From Scyliorhinus canicula (lineage: Eukaryota), in NCBI RefSeq assembly GCF_902713615.1, contig NC_052156.1:133300407-133364406 (forward strand): a stretch of DNA of 64,000 bases, in the 5' to 3' direction. The notes under the pieces were generated by a model. That model ran no database searches and had not been told where the DNA came from. It worked only from the letters and a program-made list of their open reading frames with translations. Position numbers and translations under genes: made by a program. Positions 1 through 12,719 of the stretch are shown piece after piece; position 1 is the first letter of the stretch, and every line of letters begins with the position of its first letter.

Positions 1-419
1 GGTCAAGAATTGATCTGACCCTGAAGTAATATTGTTGTCATCTCAGTGTACAATTAATGATTCAGAACAGAGTACAGGGAAAAAGACAATGGACAGGATC
101 GAACCAAATCTGAAGAGTCCCGGGATAGGCGTGTTTAGCCGGGTGTTTCCCAGCGCTCGCAGTGTTGAAAAACACCACTCTATCTACCGGGACTCTGGTT
201 CAATTAGGGGCCTCAGTGCGAAACTACCCTGGCGAGGCAGCACTTAGTCTCGTTTCCTGCACTGAGGCTTCCGCTTGTCAAAACTCCTCAGTGCAGTGAG
301 ATCGGGTGCGGCATTTTAAATTGGCATCTTGATCTCTTGAACCCCCCCTCCCGAAGTCGCAACTCACTAATAAGGGGGGCCTCAGGCTCCCCCAACCCAA
401 CCCCACTGGGGAATCAATC

Positions 420-1228
420 CGGATAAGAGTGAGGGCATGCACTTAGGCAGAACAAACAAGGCAAGGGTTGGACCCTGGGAAGCACTAAGGATCAGAAGGA
501 CCTTGATGTGCATGTACACTGGTCCCTCAAGGTACCAGAGCAGGTGGATACAATTGTTAAGACAACATATGGTATATTTGCCGTTATTAGCCTAGGCCTA
601 AAGTTAAGGCGGCATAGCATTTAAGAGCAGTGAGTTTTTGCTGGAACTGAAAAAATGTTGGTTAGACCACAGCTAGCTTATTGTGTGCAGTTCTGGAATC
701 CACATTATATGAGAGATGCGATAGAACTGAAAAGAGTGCAAAGGAGATTTACCAGGATATTGCCTGGGCTGGAGAGTTATAGTTGTGAAGAGATTGGATA
801 GATTTGGATTGTTTTCCTTGGAGCAGAGGAGACTGAGGGGGGGGGGGGACATGATTTGAGATGTATAAAATCATCATAAAGGGCATATATAGATCAGGCA
901 GGAAGAAATGTTTCCCCTTGGTGGAGGGATCAATGAACAGGGAGCATAGATTTAAGGTAAGGAGCAGAAGGTTTAGAGAGGATTTGATGAATTTTTTTTT
1001 TTTTTACTCATAAAAGGTGTTGGGAGCTTGAAACTCACTGCCTAAAAGGGTGGTGGATATAGAGACCCACATAACATTTAAGGAGAACCGAGATGACACT
1101 TGCGATTCCAAGGCATGCAAAGCTATGGGCCAAGTGTTGGGAAATGGGATTAGAATAGCTGGTGGTTGAATTTGACTGGTGCAGACTCGATAGGCTGAAG
1201 GGCCTTTTCTGTGCTATATGACTATGAC
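420..1228 (+). mobile_element. CR1/HER1-type LINE, degenerate 3' fragment
   Basis: Decayed CR1 ORF2 C-terminal motifs (LVRPQL.YCVQFW.PHY at about 658-710) and a CR1-type 3' tail (ggccttttctgtgctatatgactatgac). Confidence 0.8.
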
Positions 1229-2029
1229 CACACCCGCGCACAGCACCCCCAGGTCCGATACCCAGTGCAGGGAAAATGCCAGCCTGACACCTTGTCAGTG
1301 CCACCCAAGTACCTTGACAGTGTCAGGTTGGCACCCAGGTGGGGCTGCCAGTCTGGCAATGCCAGGATGCCACCCTGCCCAGAGGGCAAGCACCTGGCGA
1401 CCCCCACAAGTGCCATTCCGTAGGTACACATTTGTGGAGTCCAGCAATGAACAGTGCTCAGAGGCGAATGGGTTAGATATCAATGCCTCGGGTACCTCTG
1501 GGAAATGCATGTTAGATTGATACTAGCTATCTCACTCTAATATGCAAATCTGCAAAATAGTGATCCTGCCCACAATGGACAGGATTCAGACTGTGACGTC
1601 TCACGCGATTGCATTAGATCTCGCGAGGCGTGTGGGTAGATCCCAGAAGAGGGATCTCCCGGCAGCGCCATGCTGCTTTTCGGACTCAGCGTGGCCGGTA
1701 GGTTGCGGCCAATGTTTTAGGTTTTCATTATCAGGAATAGAGTAGAGTCAACTAAGTGTGTTAATCATTTCTTCTATAAAATGTACTTGCTTTAATACAT
1801 TCCTACTCCTTCATGCACTAACAATTTCTGTCAGCTTGTTTAAATTATTTTTGCTTTGTGTGGATGGGAGACCTCACTTTACCTTTGGCCTGTTCGTTTT
1901 CAATCCAGTTTTAGACAAAGATCCAAACACTCACAATAAATACAAGGTCTCAGATCACATTACACCAATAATTTGGGGTATAGAGCTTTGTGCAGATTAC
2001 CTTTATTGGGCTGATGTTGCCATTATGTC

Positions 2030-2232
2030 ATAATAATAATCTTTATTGTCACAAGTAGGCTTACATTAACACTGCAATGAAGTTACTTGAGATCCCTAGT
2101 CACCACATTCCAGCACCTGTTCGGGCACACGGAGGGAGAATTCAGAATGTCCAAATTACTTAACAGCACGTCTTTCGGGACATGTGGGAGGAAACCGGAG
2201 CACATGGAGGAAATCCACGCAGACACAGGGAA
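2030..2232 (-). mobile_element. tRNA/V-domain SINE with 'cttgtgacaataaagattatt' tail, 5'-truncated
   Basis: Shares V-core and tail with copies at 8085, 13813, 29857, 52697 and 54255. Confidence 0.75.
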
Positions 2233-2353
2233 TATGTTGCTGCACTGCAGGTTGTATATGCTGGAGGCTGTGTACTAGACTGAACAAAGTTTGCAAGTTT
2301 CCTGAGAGCGGCTTTGCGCTCAGGCATGTGAAATGGCCTCTTTTGTTCGCCAA

Positions 2354-2983
2354 GGGCAGCATGGTAGCACAGTTGCTTCACAGCTCAGGACCGAGGATCG
2401 ATTCCCGGCTTGGGTCACTGTCTGTGCGGAGTCTGCATGTTCTTTCAGTGTCTGCTTAGGTTTCCTCCCACAGTCCAAAGATGTGCAGGTTAGGTGGATT
2501 ATAGAATCATAGAATCTACAGTGCAGAAGAAGGCCATTCGGCCTATCTAGCCTGCACCAGCCCTTGGAAAGAGCACCCCACTTAATCCCACGCCACCACC
2601 CTATCCCCGTAATCCAGTAACCTGACCTAACCTTTTTTGGACACAAAGGTCAATTTATCATGGCCAATCCACCTACTTGCACATCTTTGGACGGTGGGAT
2701 AAAACCGTAGCACCCGGAGGACACCCACGCAGACATGGGGAGAACATGCAGACTCCGCACAGACAGTGATGCAAGCCAGGAATCGAACCTGGGACCCCTG
2801 GAGTTGTGAAGCAACTGTGCTAACCACTGTTACCGTGCTGCCCTTAGTTTCCAAAACAAAGGTTGGGTTGGGTTACTGGGATAGGGTGGAGGCATGGGTT
2901 TATGTAGGGTGCTCTTTCCAAGGGCTGATGCAGACTCGATGGGCCGAATGGCCTCCCTCTGCATTGTAAATTCCATGATTCTA
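2354..2983. mobile_element. Nested HE1-like V-SINEs: plus-strand copy interrupted by a minus-strand copy (about 2500-2840)
   Basis: tRNA head ggcagcatggtagcacag, V-core (gtgcaggttaggtggatt), then a full inverted copy, then the remaining CR1-like tail of the first copy. Confidence 0.8.
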
Positions 2984-3001
2984 TTGCTTTCGAGATTCTC
3001 T

Positions 3002-3050
3002 CCATTCTTTCTCTCACATTCCCCATTCTTTCTCTCACATTCCCCATTCT
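3002..3050. repeat. 21-bp tandem repeat (ccattctttctctcacattcc, about 2.4 copies)
   Basis: Directly visible; source of the MGNVRER repeat in the ORF track. Confidence 0.85.
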
Positions 3051-3610
3051 TGTCACTATCCCTTTCTATACTTTACTCTTCCTGCAGGAATGAAAATAAA
3101 AGCAACCTTAGCTAGCAGTGGAAGGCAACGAGAATAAAATCACTAGTGGAGGTGCCTTTGATTTACACACTTCAAATAATCAAGCATTAGTTGGGGTGAG
3201 TTGAGGACAGGGAGGGTGTAATGCCAACTGCTACCAAGTGGAGTGTGTACTCAAATTGTGTGTGGTAGGGGCAGGCAAGATTTGGCTTCGGGAAAAGGTA
3301 ATTTAAAAATCAAAAGTCTTACGGAATTAAAAAGTTTATATATTGTGTGGCTGGCTGTATACCAGAGGTTTTTTGATGGAATGTGATTTGAGAGTTTGTC
3401 AATTGGCTGAGCCTGATTGAAAGTGATTTCTGGTTTCCCAATTTGTTTTGCTTCAAGGGACGCTAAACACAATGACATGAGAGAATAATTTTGCAATAGA
3501 TATTACAGTTTTTTAAAAAGTTTTAATTAGATTTATTTAATAGGCTACCCGTTTAAAACAACGCCTCAATGTGGGAAACAAGTATTGAACAAGTTTGTGA
3601 AGACACTCAC

Positions 3611-4977
3611 CTGTCAGGCTGAATGCAGGGGACAGATACTACCGGCACAGCAGTACATTTTTCAACTAAGAGTTTACGAGCTTTCTTTGTCTTCTGCCTG
3701 GCCTTACATTTTGTTTTAGTTGCCTTGTTAGGCGAATCTTTTTTACATATGCCATTTTTCACTTCAGCTGGCTCATAAATGTTTGATGGCCTTCTCACGC
3801 ACCCAGGAGGAGTGTGCACAGCACAGAAAGCAGTCTTTTTCACATTGAATGTTGTTGTTCCATTGGATGTAGTTTCTTTAACAGGCTCCATTTTCATGTA
3901 CAGACCTGCTTGTTGAGCGCAAGTTACATGGAATGCTGTATAACAATTTGCCTTTTGGCACTGGATGCAAGCACCAAGCCCTTTCTGTTTACAGAGGTAG
4001 CATGTTAATTTCCACCTGGCTGCTGGAATGTTCTTGACACCATCTATAGGCTCTATGAATACAGTGTTAGCAAATCCAACTTCAGGAACCCACAGTGCGC
4101 AAACAACATGACCCCACTGACCATCATCTGTCTTCTTGAAAGCACCACCCTTATTTGGGCACAAGATACAATCAACAGGTCGAGAAGGGGATTGCAAACA
4201 ACGACGGCACAACCACTGTCCTTCGGGTATATAAGGAACTCCATAGCATTCCTGATGCACTGCTAAGTTACACATGTCGCAAAACAATATTACATTACTG
4301 TTTTGACATTCTCCATCCATGCAAATACAACAAACAGCATCTTCATCAATTAGTGACTGGGGATCACCTTGATTAGAATTTTCAAAGTAAGATTCCTTCT
4401 CTAGTTTATCCATAAGGAACTCAAACACATTCTGTGAAACTGCGCTCAAACCATCACTTTTGCGCCTTTCATTAATCATTTCCAACCATGCATAATCTTC
4501 TTCATCCATATCGTATTCAACTTCATTATTGAGCTCCTCTGGAGATTTCTCAATGAGCCTGTAATAAGATGAAGGCCGACGAGGTGCTGAAGGTGGTTCA
4601 TAATCAACTATTCTAAATCTGGGTTCTGGTAATGCATTCACTGGTGTTGGAGCTCCGTGTGTTGTCTGAATAGTGGCATCCTTCTTTTTCACTTTATTAG
4701 ATTTGTACCTTTTAGTCTTTACGAAAACAAGGGGACGTTCACTATTTTCCTTGTTGCTGTTACATTCAACAATTTCTTGGGCAGTTAAATCATCTTCTGA
4801 AATAATCTCCAAAGGATCGTAAATACTGATCCTGTGCAGCCGGCCATCGATCTCCATTTCAACCATTCGCTGTGCTTGAGCATATGTTAGCATTTCACGA
4901 CTTGGCGAATGTTTTAAACTGCAAGGTGAAGCTGGACGCCTTGCTGTCCCTCGGTGGCATCTTCCTTTCCTTCTCAT
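3611..4977 (-). CDS. BRD1: Bromodomain-containing protein 1 (BRPF2), first coding exon: EPC-N region and PZP (PHD-zinc knuckle-PHD) module
   Basis: Starts [10 protein letters not shown] and contains [23 protein letters not shown] and [34 protein letters not shown] at 4977, tandem CAGCAG acceptor at 4993-4998, donor CAG|GTGAGT at 3611/3610; 1367 coding nt as in human BRD1. The ORF-track start (5007) and stop (3607) are intronic. Downstream exons were not found in the window. Confidence 0.97.
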
Positions 4978-5894
4978 AATTGATAAGGAAGTCTGCTGAA
5001 AAATCATTGATCAAGAACAAGTCAAGAACAGCTATTGATATCAAAAGTTACAAAAACATTACAAAGACTAGCTAGAAGTTAGAATGGGTCAAGTAATAAG
5101 ACAAACAGGCTGCAATTGCACAGCTCCATTCCAGCAGCACTTCTGTGTACCCACTGTTAAATAAATTCCAGATTATTTTTGATCTACAAATGAGTCAAGG
5201 ATTATTGGGGTGGGGGCAGGAAAGTAGAGTTTTTTTTTAAATATAAAGTTAGAGTAGTCCAAAGATGTGCGGGTTAGGTGGATTGGCCATGCTAAATTGC
5301 CCGTAGTGTAAGGTTAATGGGGGGATTGTTGGGTTACGGGTATACGGGTTACATGGGTTTAAAGTAGGGTGATCATTGTTCGGCACAACATTGAGGGCCG
5401 AAGGGCCTGTTCTGTGCTGTACTGTTCTATGTACCCAATTCATTTTTTCCAATTAAGGGGAAATTTAGCGTGGCCATTCCACCTATCCTCCACATATTTG
5501 GGTTGTGGGAGTGAAACCCACGCAAACACGGGGAGAATGTGCTAACTCCACACGGACAGTGGCCCAGAGCCGGGTTCGAACCTGGGACCTTAACGCCATG
5601 AGGCCGCAGGGCTAACCCACAGCGCCATCGTACTGCCCCAGGAAAGTAGAGTTAACGCTTCAATCAGATCAGCCACAATCTATTGAATGGCGGAGTAGGC
5701 TCGATGGGTCGAATGGCCGGCTCTCGCTGCTAATTATCTTACATAAATCCACCAACACCTTTCCATAATGGTTCCACTTCTATTATTTCTCATTACTAAT
5801 CCCAATGCCCTGTGATCTGATGCCCATGCCTCTTCCGAATATTTATCCAATTTTACCATAAAACATCTAACAACTGCAACAACTACTCCTATGG

Positions 5895-6109
5895 CCAGGC
5901 ACCACGGTGACGCAGTGGTTAGCACTGCTGCCTCACAACTGCGAGGTAATAGGTTTGATCCCGGCTCTGGGTCGCTGTCCATGTGGAGTTTGCACTTTCT
6001 CCCTATGTTTGCGTGGGTTTCGCCCCCATAACCCAAAGGTGGCTTGGCAATGCTAAATTGCCCCTTCATTGGGAAAAATGAATTGTGTACTCTAAATTTA
6101 TTTTTTAAA
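5895..6109 (+). mobile_element. tRNA/V-SINE, short-tail variant, with 14-bp target-site duplication
   Basis: TSD aactactcctatgg at 5881-5894 and 6110-6123; tRNA-like head and V-core. Confidence 0.85.
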
Positions 6110-8084
6110 AACTACTCCTATGGTAAATTATTTCATGCTCTAACAGCCTAGAGTAAATAATTTCTTCTAACCTCCTTCTAGACTTACCCACTCTATGAAC
6201 ATAATGCCAGTATCTCCCAGTGTTACGCTAACGTCCAATTCCTCATGTCAGCCTGGTTCAATCAGCGCTGTACACCATTTTATGGCTTTAATGACTCTTC
6301 CGCAATAAGGTGCCAAAATATTTAGGGGTATTTGAACTGGCCTAACCAATGGTTTGTATATTTTTAAAAGTATATTAACTCTTCCATTCTGTCTCTAATT
6401 ATGAAAGCTAAAATGCTTTATTGGTTTGAAAAAATAGCTTTAGTCACCTGCAATTCTAAAGTTCTAACATCTATCAGAGATCCTTTATCAATCATTGTTG
6501 AAATTATATTAAGTAAATCTCAAAGTAGATGGTGCTACTTTGTTTCTTGTACTGTAATATATAAACTTCATAATTCAATCCCTGTAGAAATCTATACTAA
6601 GTGAAAATATTGTTGTGAAAAAGATATTTAACGTGAATGTCTATGTTTCTTTCTAAAATCCACTCAAGATGTTCAGAGCTTGGTTGAAGTTTGCACAATT
6701 TCTGCACTGATGATGGAAAGTGATAAACTTTGTGCAACTTTACAAACTTCATGGTTCCTTGCGAACTGCACTCTGCCCTTCCTGAAAATGTTGACTGATG
6801 CTAGAATACGAGGTCATGCCGACTAGCTTCTCAAGTAGCTGGCCTTCATTTGCAAACTGACAGTTGGCATCAGCAGATTTATCAATTGACATCATCACTG
6901 TCAAACTCGATTTCTCATAAAAAGAACGCATGCAGATCACTGGATGATGAATAGTGTGGGAACCCTCATCAATTTCCCCCTAAGTATAGGCATACTATTG
7001 TGCCCAATTACTGCCCAAACTGAGATCAACTAAGAGCAAGAATTAAAACTGAAATCTCTGAACAGTAGCACTCACTTTACCAAGTGAAAAATCAGAGGAA
7101 CTCCTGAATTTCGTTTTTCTAAATGAGCCTCTACTTCGCAATGAGAAATCGGAAATCAACATCTTTAGTTCCTGCTATAAATGTTGCATCCCTGTCACAA
7201 AATCAAGCCCTGACCTGTCATAGCCTGAATTTAGATGGATTCTAACCTGGGTAACCCTAATTAATATTCTAATCCAATACTTGCCCCAGCTCAAGAACTG
7301 CCTACTCCCATCTAACGTTGCATGCATTCCCGTACCAGCCTCCCCGAACAGGCGCTGGAATGTGGCGACTAGGGGCTTTTCACCGTAACTTCATTGAAGC
7401 CTACTCGTGACAATAAGCGATTTTCATTTTCATTCACCCTACTATAGTGTATCTGAAACCATCATTGTGCTCATCATTGGGCTGATGACAGGATGCAGGT
7501 AGTGGATAGTAATAACAATAATCTTTATTGTCACAAGCAGGCTTACATTAACACTGCAATGAAGTTACTGTGAAAATCCCCTAGTAGAGTTCAGGATTAG
7601 CTGAATTTTGTGCGTGTGTGGGGGTGGGTCAGCCAGTAATGCACTAGGATATCAGGACCAGAGAGGGGGCAAAAACATTTGAGAGATTTGTAATCTTTAT
7701 TATTGTCACAAGTGGACTTACATTGAAACTGCAATGAAGTTACTGTGAAAATCCCCTAGTCGCCACACTCCGGCACCTGTTCGGGTACACAGGAGAATTC
7801 AGAACGTCCAATTCACCTAACAAGCGCGTATTTTGGGACTTGTGCAGGGAAACCGAAGCACCCGGAGGAAACCCACGCACACATAGGGAGAACGTGCAGA
7901 CTCCGCACAGACAGTGACTGAAATCTTGTGGATGATATTGTTTTTTGGAGCAGTCTGCCATATTGCAGCATTTGACAAAGAATAAAAGTTCTGAATGCTA
8001 TTCAGTAGTTAATCAGACATAAAATATTTGAAGATGGACATTACTATAAAGGATGCAACACAATTTCATTGTCTAGATGTTATG

Positions 8085-8390
8085 TGGACAGCATGGTAAC
8101 ATAGTGGTTAGCACTGTTGCTTCAGTGTCAGGGTCCCAGGTTCGATTCCCGGCTTGGGTCACTGTCTCTACAGTCTGCACATTCTTCCCGTCTGCGTGGG
8201 TTACCTCCGGGTGCTCCAGTTTCCTCCCACAATTCCCGAACAACGTGCTTATTGAGGTGAATTTGACATTCTAAATTCTCCCTCGTGTACCTGAACAAGC
8301 GTCGTAATGTGGCGACAAGGGGATTTTCACAGTAACTTCATTGCAGTGTTAATGTAAGCCTACTTGTGACAATAATAAAGATAATTATTA
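8085..8390 (+). mobile_element. tRNA/V-SINE with 'cttgtgacaataaagattatt' tail
   Basis: Full head, core and tail; an inverted relative lies at about 7690-7920. Confidence 0.8.
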
Positions 8391-9439
8391 ATCCTAACTT
8401 AGCCTCAACTGATGTGTGCGTGCTAAAATAAAGCAGAAGGTAGGTTGGATGCTCAAGTTACAATTTGGACTCCACTGATCCCAAAAGCATGCATTCAATT
8501 ATCTGGCCCTGAAGATGGGTTCCAGCCGTTTACTTTCTGCAGATGTGCATGAAAGATTATTTTTTTAAATCTAGAACACTGTGGATACCAGCATTAAAGA
8601 CACCTAAAAAGACTTCTGAAGGATATTGCCTGCATTAGTTTTAGCACTGTTCCACTGTCCTGAACCTTCAATGTATTTGGCAGGAACCTTTTAGTTAAAC
8701 GTAATTCCCTGTAAGGTCGCTTGCTGGAATTATCTAACTTTCAAGGTTTCTTCTATGGGTAGACTGAAACTCAACATAAAGAGCTCGAGTCAAGGACATG
8801 ACTTGTGATTAATGAGTTCTAAGATAAACTAAAATGTGGGAATGAACAATCTTAAAACTATCTTGTCTTAAAGCCAAACAACACCTTTATCGTTAAGATT
8901 TCAGAAATCAACAATTAAATCTACGACCAGTATAAGGGATGACATTTGTCTTAATGACAGATTCAGGCCCAGAATATATTTAGACAATGCGGTTTCCTTT
9001 CCACGCCAAGTGCACACGAGCGATATCAGACCGTCTTCCTGAAGTAAGTTTAACCGTCAACTTGTTGTTATAACCAATCGCACTCACGAAGGCACATCTT
9101 AAACACCACCATTAACAGGCACTTTGGGGGGTGGGGGTAGGGGGAGATGACCACTCCAGCACATCCTCCGCAAGCTGGAGAACGATTTGTGTTTAAAGGC
9201 TCAAGTCAATAGAGCGGCAGTTAACGTGGGGAAGATTCTTGCAAAGGGCGGGGCGCTCCCACCACAGGATTGTTGGGGGGGGGGGGGGGGGTGAAGAGCA
9301 CAGCCCACTTGCGGACAACTGAAATGCGGTGGGTGGGTGGAGAAAGGAGGGAGGAAGGCGGCCCATGGCCGGTTGAAGAGATGTGTTTCCAAGGCATAAT
9401 TCAGGGTGGCCAGAAAAGTAGTTTTGTCAGCAAGACGGA

Positions 9440-10720
9440 CGCGGTAGGAAGTGAGTGGAGCGCCCAGGGGGGTGGGGGGACCCGGAAGTGGCTCCCGGCC
9501 TGAGTGGGGGTGACGTCAGCGCGTTCGCTGTTTGAATGGAGCGGCGGCGGCAGCGCGCGGTCCCGAGCCGGGCACGGAGGTGGGGAAACGAGCCGCGGGG
9601 CCCGGCCACTCCAACGGCACCGCCTCACGGCTCCTCCCACCGCAGCGACGCGCCATCGAGCCCGCCCGCTTTCAACAGCCCTCCGTCCTCAAAACTCCCC
9701 GGCCAAACTCACTCTTATAGCAAAGGGAACGGAATAAAATGGCGTCCAACAAAAACAAGGAGCAGGAAACGGCAACAGGCGGCTCACCACCGCGCCCCCC
9801 CTCCGTCTTGTCCCAAGTCCGGCTGTACCAGTCACACCACCTCCGCCCATTCCTCACTCGGGAAGGGTTTGTTAAACAAAAAGAGCCAACTTACCGCCCC
9901 CACCCCGCCGCCTCCTATTGCTTTTTGTTCCTCTCCCCCGGTGTGTCACCGGAGCGGACTGAGGCGCCCTTTCCGTGCAGGCCCCGGCACCACTCGGCTC
10001 TTGTTGCTCCCTCTCGCTCGAGGCCGTTCATCAAACGGACCGAGCGCGCTCCCGAGACGCTGTTCCCGGGCGAATGAAAACACGGCGGCCACGGCCCCGC
10101 GCGCCAGGACCCTCGAGCCCGCCCGCGCGCCGTCTCCCCCTCCTCGCGTTCCACGGCCAACTGTCAGGGAACGTGCAAACATTCGACAGCACCGACCCTC
10201 ACCCTAGCCCAGTTTATTTTTTTTTCGCTCGCTCGCTCCTCGGCTGCAAAGGGGCTCACAGCCTTTTTTTTTTTGCGTTTCTTCAACAACAATGCACCGT
10301 TTCGGTTGCACAAGACGTCGGAGGCGGCGACGTCACGCGCCGGCCGCCGTTGGCTGCGCGGGCTGCCAGGTGGAGGGCTGGCTCGGCTCCCTTCACCAAT
10401 CGGCGAGCGGTGGGAGGGAGCGATCGGGCGGCTGGAGCACGCGCACGCCGACCAGCCCTGGGTTTCGGGGGGGAAAACCCCGTGTGTGTGTGAGCTCGAG
10501 CGGCGGCGGTTTGGCGGCGGTGGGTGGGGGTGTCAGGAGCAAGAGCGTGTTTCTAAAATAGCCGGCGATTAGCGATCCGGCTTTTAAATTCTCTTCCATT
10601 TTGAGTGTTCTCCGCCGTTGTGTCTTATGTCGGGGAGGTCGAGGTCTGGCGGAAGTGTTGTAACGCGCGGTGACTCCATTCGGGCCCTTTAAACAGTAAA
10701 CGCAACGCGTGCACATATCT
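9440..10720. promoter_or_regulatory. BRD1: CpG island; BRD1 promoter and non-coding first exon(s)
   Basis: Very high GC and CpG density. ETS CCGGAAGTG at 9482, palindromic CRE TGACGTCA at 9511, YY1-type AAAATGGCG at 9736, CCAAT near 10397. Minus-strand donor-like sites GTGAGT (about 9712) and GTAAGT (about 9894). Confidence 0.85.
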
Positions 10721-11734
10721 GCTATATGGCGGCTTTTGTGTGCAGCCTCTCCCTCTCTGGTCTCCCAAGAACACTGCTGGGCACAGGCCTGGCTCAGCTG
10801 TGTGGGGTCAGGAATCCGGGCTGAGGGATTAACCTAATGCACATTTGGCTGCCAAGGGGCATGCTAAAGGGGGAGGGGAGCTCCTGACTCCTGAGGAAGC
10901 GAAAGATCGGCAAAACCAAAACACTCCTGCTATTGGTAGCTTCCACCTCCCCGTGGTGCCAGTCAGTAGTGGCTTTGGGAGAATTGGTTACGGTTGATTG
11001 GCTACAAGGTATGGCGGTGAATGGACAGTGGGAAACCACTTGTTGGTAATCTTCCTCGCAAATGCGTTGCGCTGAAGAACAGAAACTCGGCACAAAATAC
11101 CCATCTTGGCTTACCCAGAAATTTAGTATTAGTCTGAAAGAGGCTTGTAATGTTGCAAAGAACCGTGCTGAGTCTAGAGGATTGAGTGTGCGTTAAAAGC
11201 CACCAGAATGTTGATTTCAAAAACAGAATGATACCAGCCAGAAATATAAAAAACAGAATAAATAAAAGTTTTTTTTTAAAAAGCCTATGAAAAGGAAGAG
11301 GAGCTGAAGTAAACTTTCATCCCTCGGGCAGGAGAAATGGAGATGCAGAGACACTTCACAATAGAAGACACCAGTTGCAAACTAGAAATAGAGGGGAATC
11401 GGATATAAAAAGTGAGGAAATTGAGGTTATTAATATCAGCAGAAATATTGGAGAAACATAAGGGACTAAAATCTGAAAATTTGGACCTGATGGTTTACAC
11501 CCAGGGTTCAAAAAGATAAAGCTGCAGAGATAATGGGCCATGGTTTTCTAAAATTCCTTTGACTCGGGAATAGTCCCATCAGAAACACCAATTTTCACAA
11601 AAGAAGACAGCAAGAAAACCCAAAACTAGAGGCCAGTTATTCTAAAATTAGCCATTGGAAAAATGCTGGTTACACAAGAAAAATAATTAAGAACAATGCA
11701 CTTTGAAACGTCGCCTGGTTGTACAGAACTTGAA

Positions 11735-12290
11735 TATTGCTGAAAAGAGAGACCTGTTTTCGAAGCCTTTTGTCTTGCACTCATCAGGACAAAGACAAGA
11801 ATGCCAATTTTCAAATGAAAAAGGTTGCTAACTGGTTGGCAAGTTGGCTCTGATTGGCTTGAGGTAGGATCTCCCCAAGCTCTTGGATAATTTAAATACA
11901 GCGCGAGACGTGAACCTATTCATTTTGTTTGCAGAAAATAAGTCTCTGCATGTGAATTAACCATGTTAAGAGCTCAACCGATTATCTTAACTTGGTCATA
12001 AACAGAAAACGGGGGGGGGGGGGGGGGGGAACGCAGCAGGACTGGCAGCATCTGCTGAGCTTTTCCAGCATTTTCTGTTTTTAGTTCAGATTTCCAGCAT
12101 CTATAGTATTTGCTTTGGTTTACATTGGTTGTACTGTAGCTATCAGCACACAGGATTATTCAGCAGGTAATGCCCAATCATGGAATCACAAATAACCGTA
12201 AATGTTTATGGTTTTTCAAACACAGACAAGTTGAGTACTGTGCTTATTATGAACAACCAAAGGAGCATTGTTTGATTCGATCAACCAATC
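11735..12290. mobile_element. Penelope-like/retrozyme-type fragments with a degenerate hammerhead core
   Basis: Minus strand of 11761-11790 reads CTGATGAgtgcaagacAAAAggctt. The Penelope terminal motif (ctggcagcatctg / ttttccagcattttctgttt) is at 12040-12120. Confidence 0.55.
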
Positions 12291-12560
12291 ACTGGCATAT
12301 ATGGCCTATAGAGCTCGCATGAAACTGGCACTGAAATTCCTACATGATGTTGTTCACGTGTATGGTAGGCAAAACATCTTTTAGGATTGATGGCAGTATG
12401 CTGTTAGTGGATAACACTAGTAGCCACTCCAGTGAAACAGCTTGCTTGACCTGCTGTTCAAATTTTTCAGGTACTTTGCCTTTCCCGCATAATTTGAGGT
12501 AAACCACACACATTTCAGGTTCCAAAGGTGGCGACTTTTCATCCACGTTTGAGCTTGTCT
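12290..12560 (+). pseudogene. ZBED4: Possible ZBED4 remnant: end of BED2 and the BED2-BED3 linker
   Basis: Scattered collinear peptide matches across frameshifts: HIW..ETGTEIP vs HMW..ENGGTGIP, ATPVK vs SSPVK, VA-FSS vs VAAFSS. Weak on its own. Confidence 0.4.
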
Positions 12561-12719
12561 GATACACTGAACAATTTTTTTTTCTTTTATTCATTCATTG
12601 GATGTGGTGGTCACTGTTGGCTAGCGATGATCAGGGTAGTTTTCATATTCTCTATTTTTGTATCACATTTATCTGTGACTATTTGGTAATCATGTCTTTG
12701 TTGCGTCTGTGTATAAACT

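Noticed and set aside
4978-5007. N-terminal extension [10 protein letters not shown] on BRD1 in the ORF track
   Set aside because: That ATG lies upstream of the CAGCAG acceptor, in the intron; the conserved start is MRRKGR at 4977.
9401-10716. Many overlapping ORFs up to 223 aa
   Set aside because: Expected by-product of a GC-rich CpG island with few stop codons; low-complexity Pro/Arg/Ala translations with no recognisable domain.
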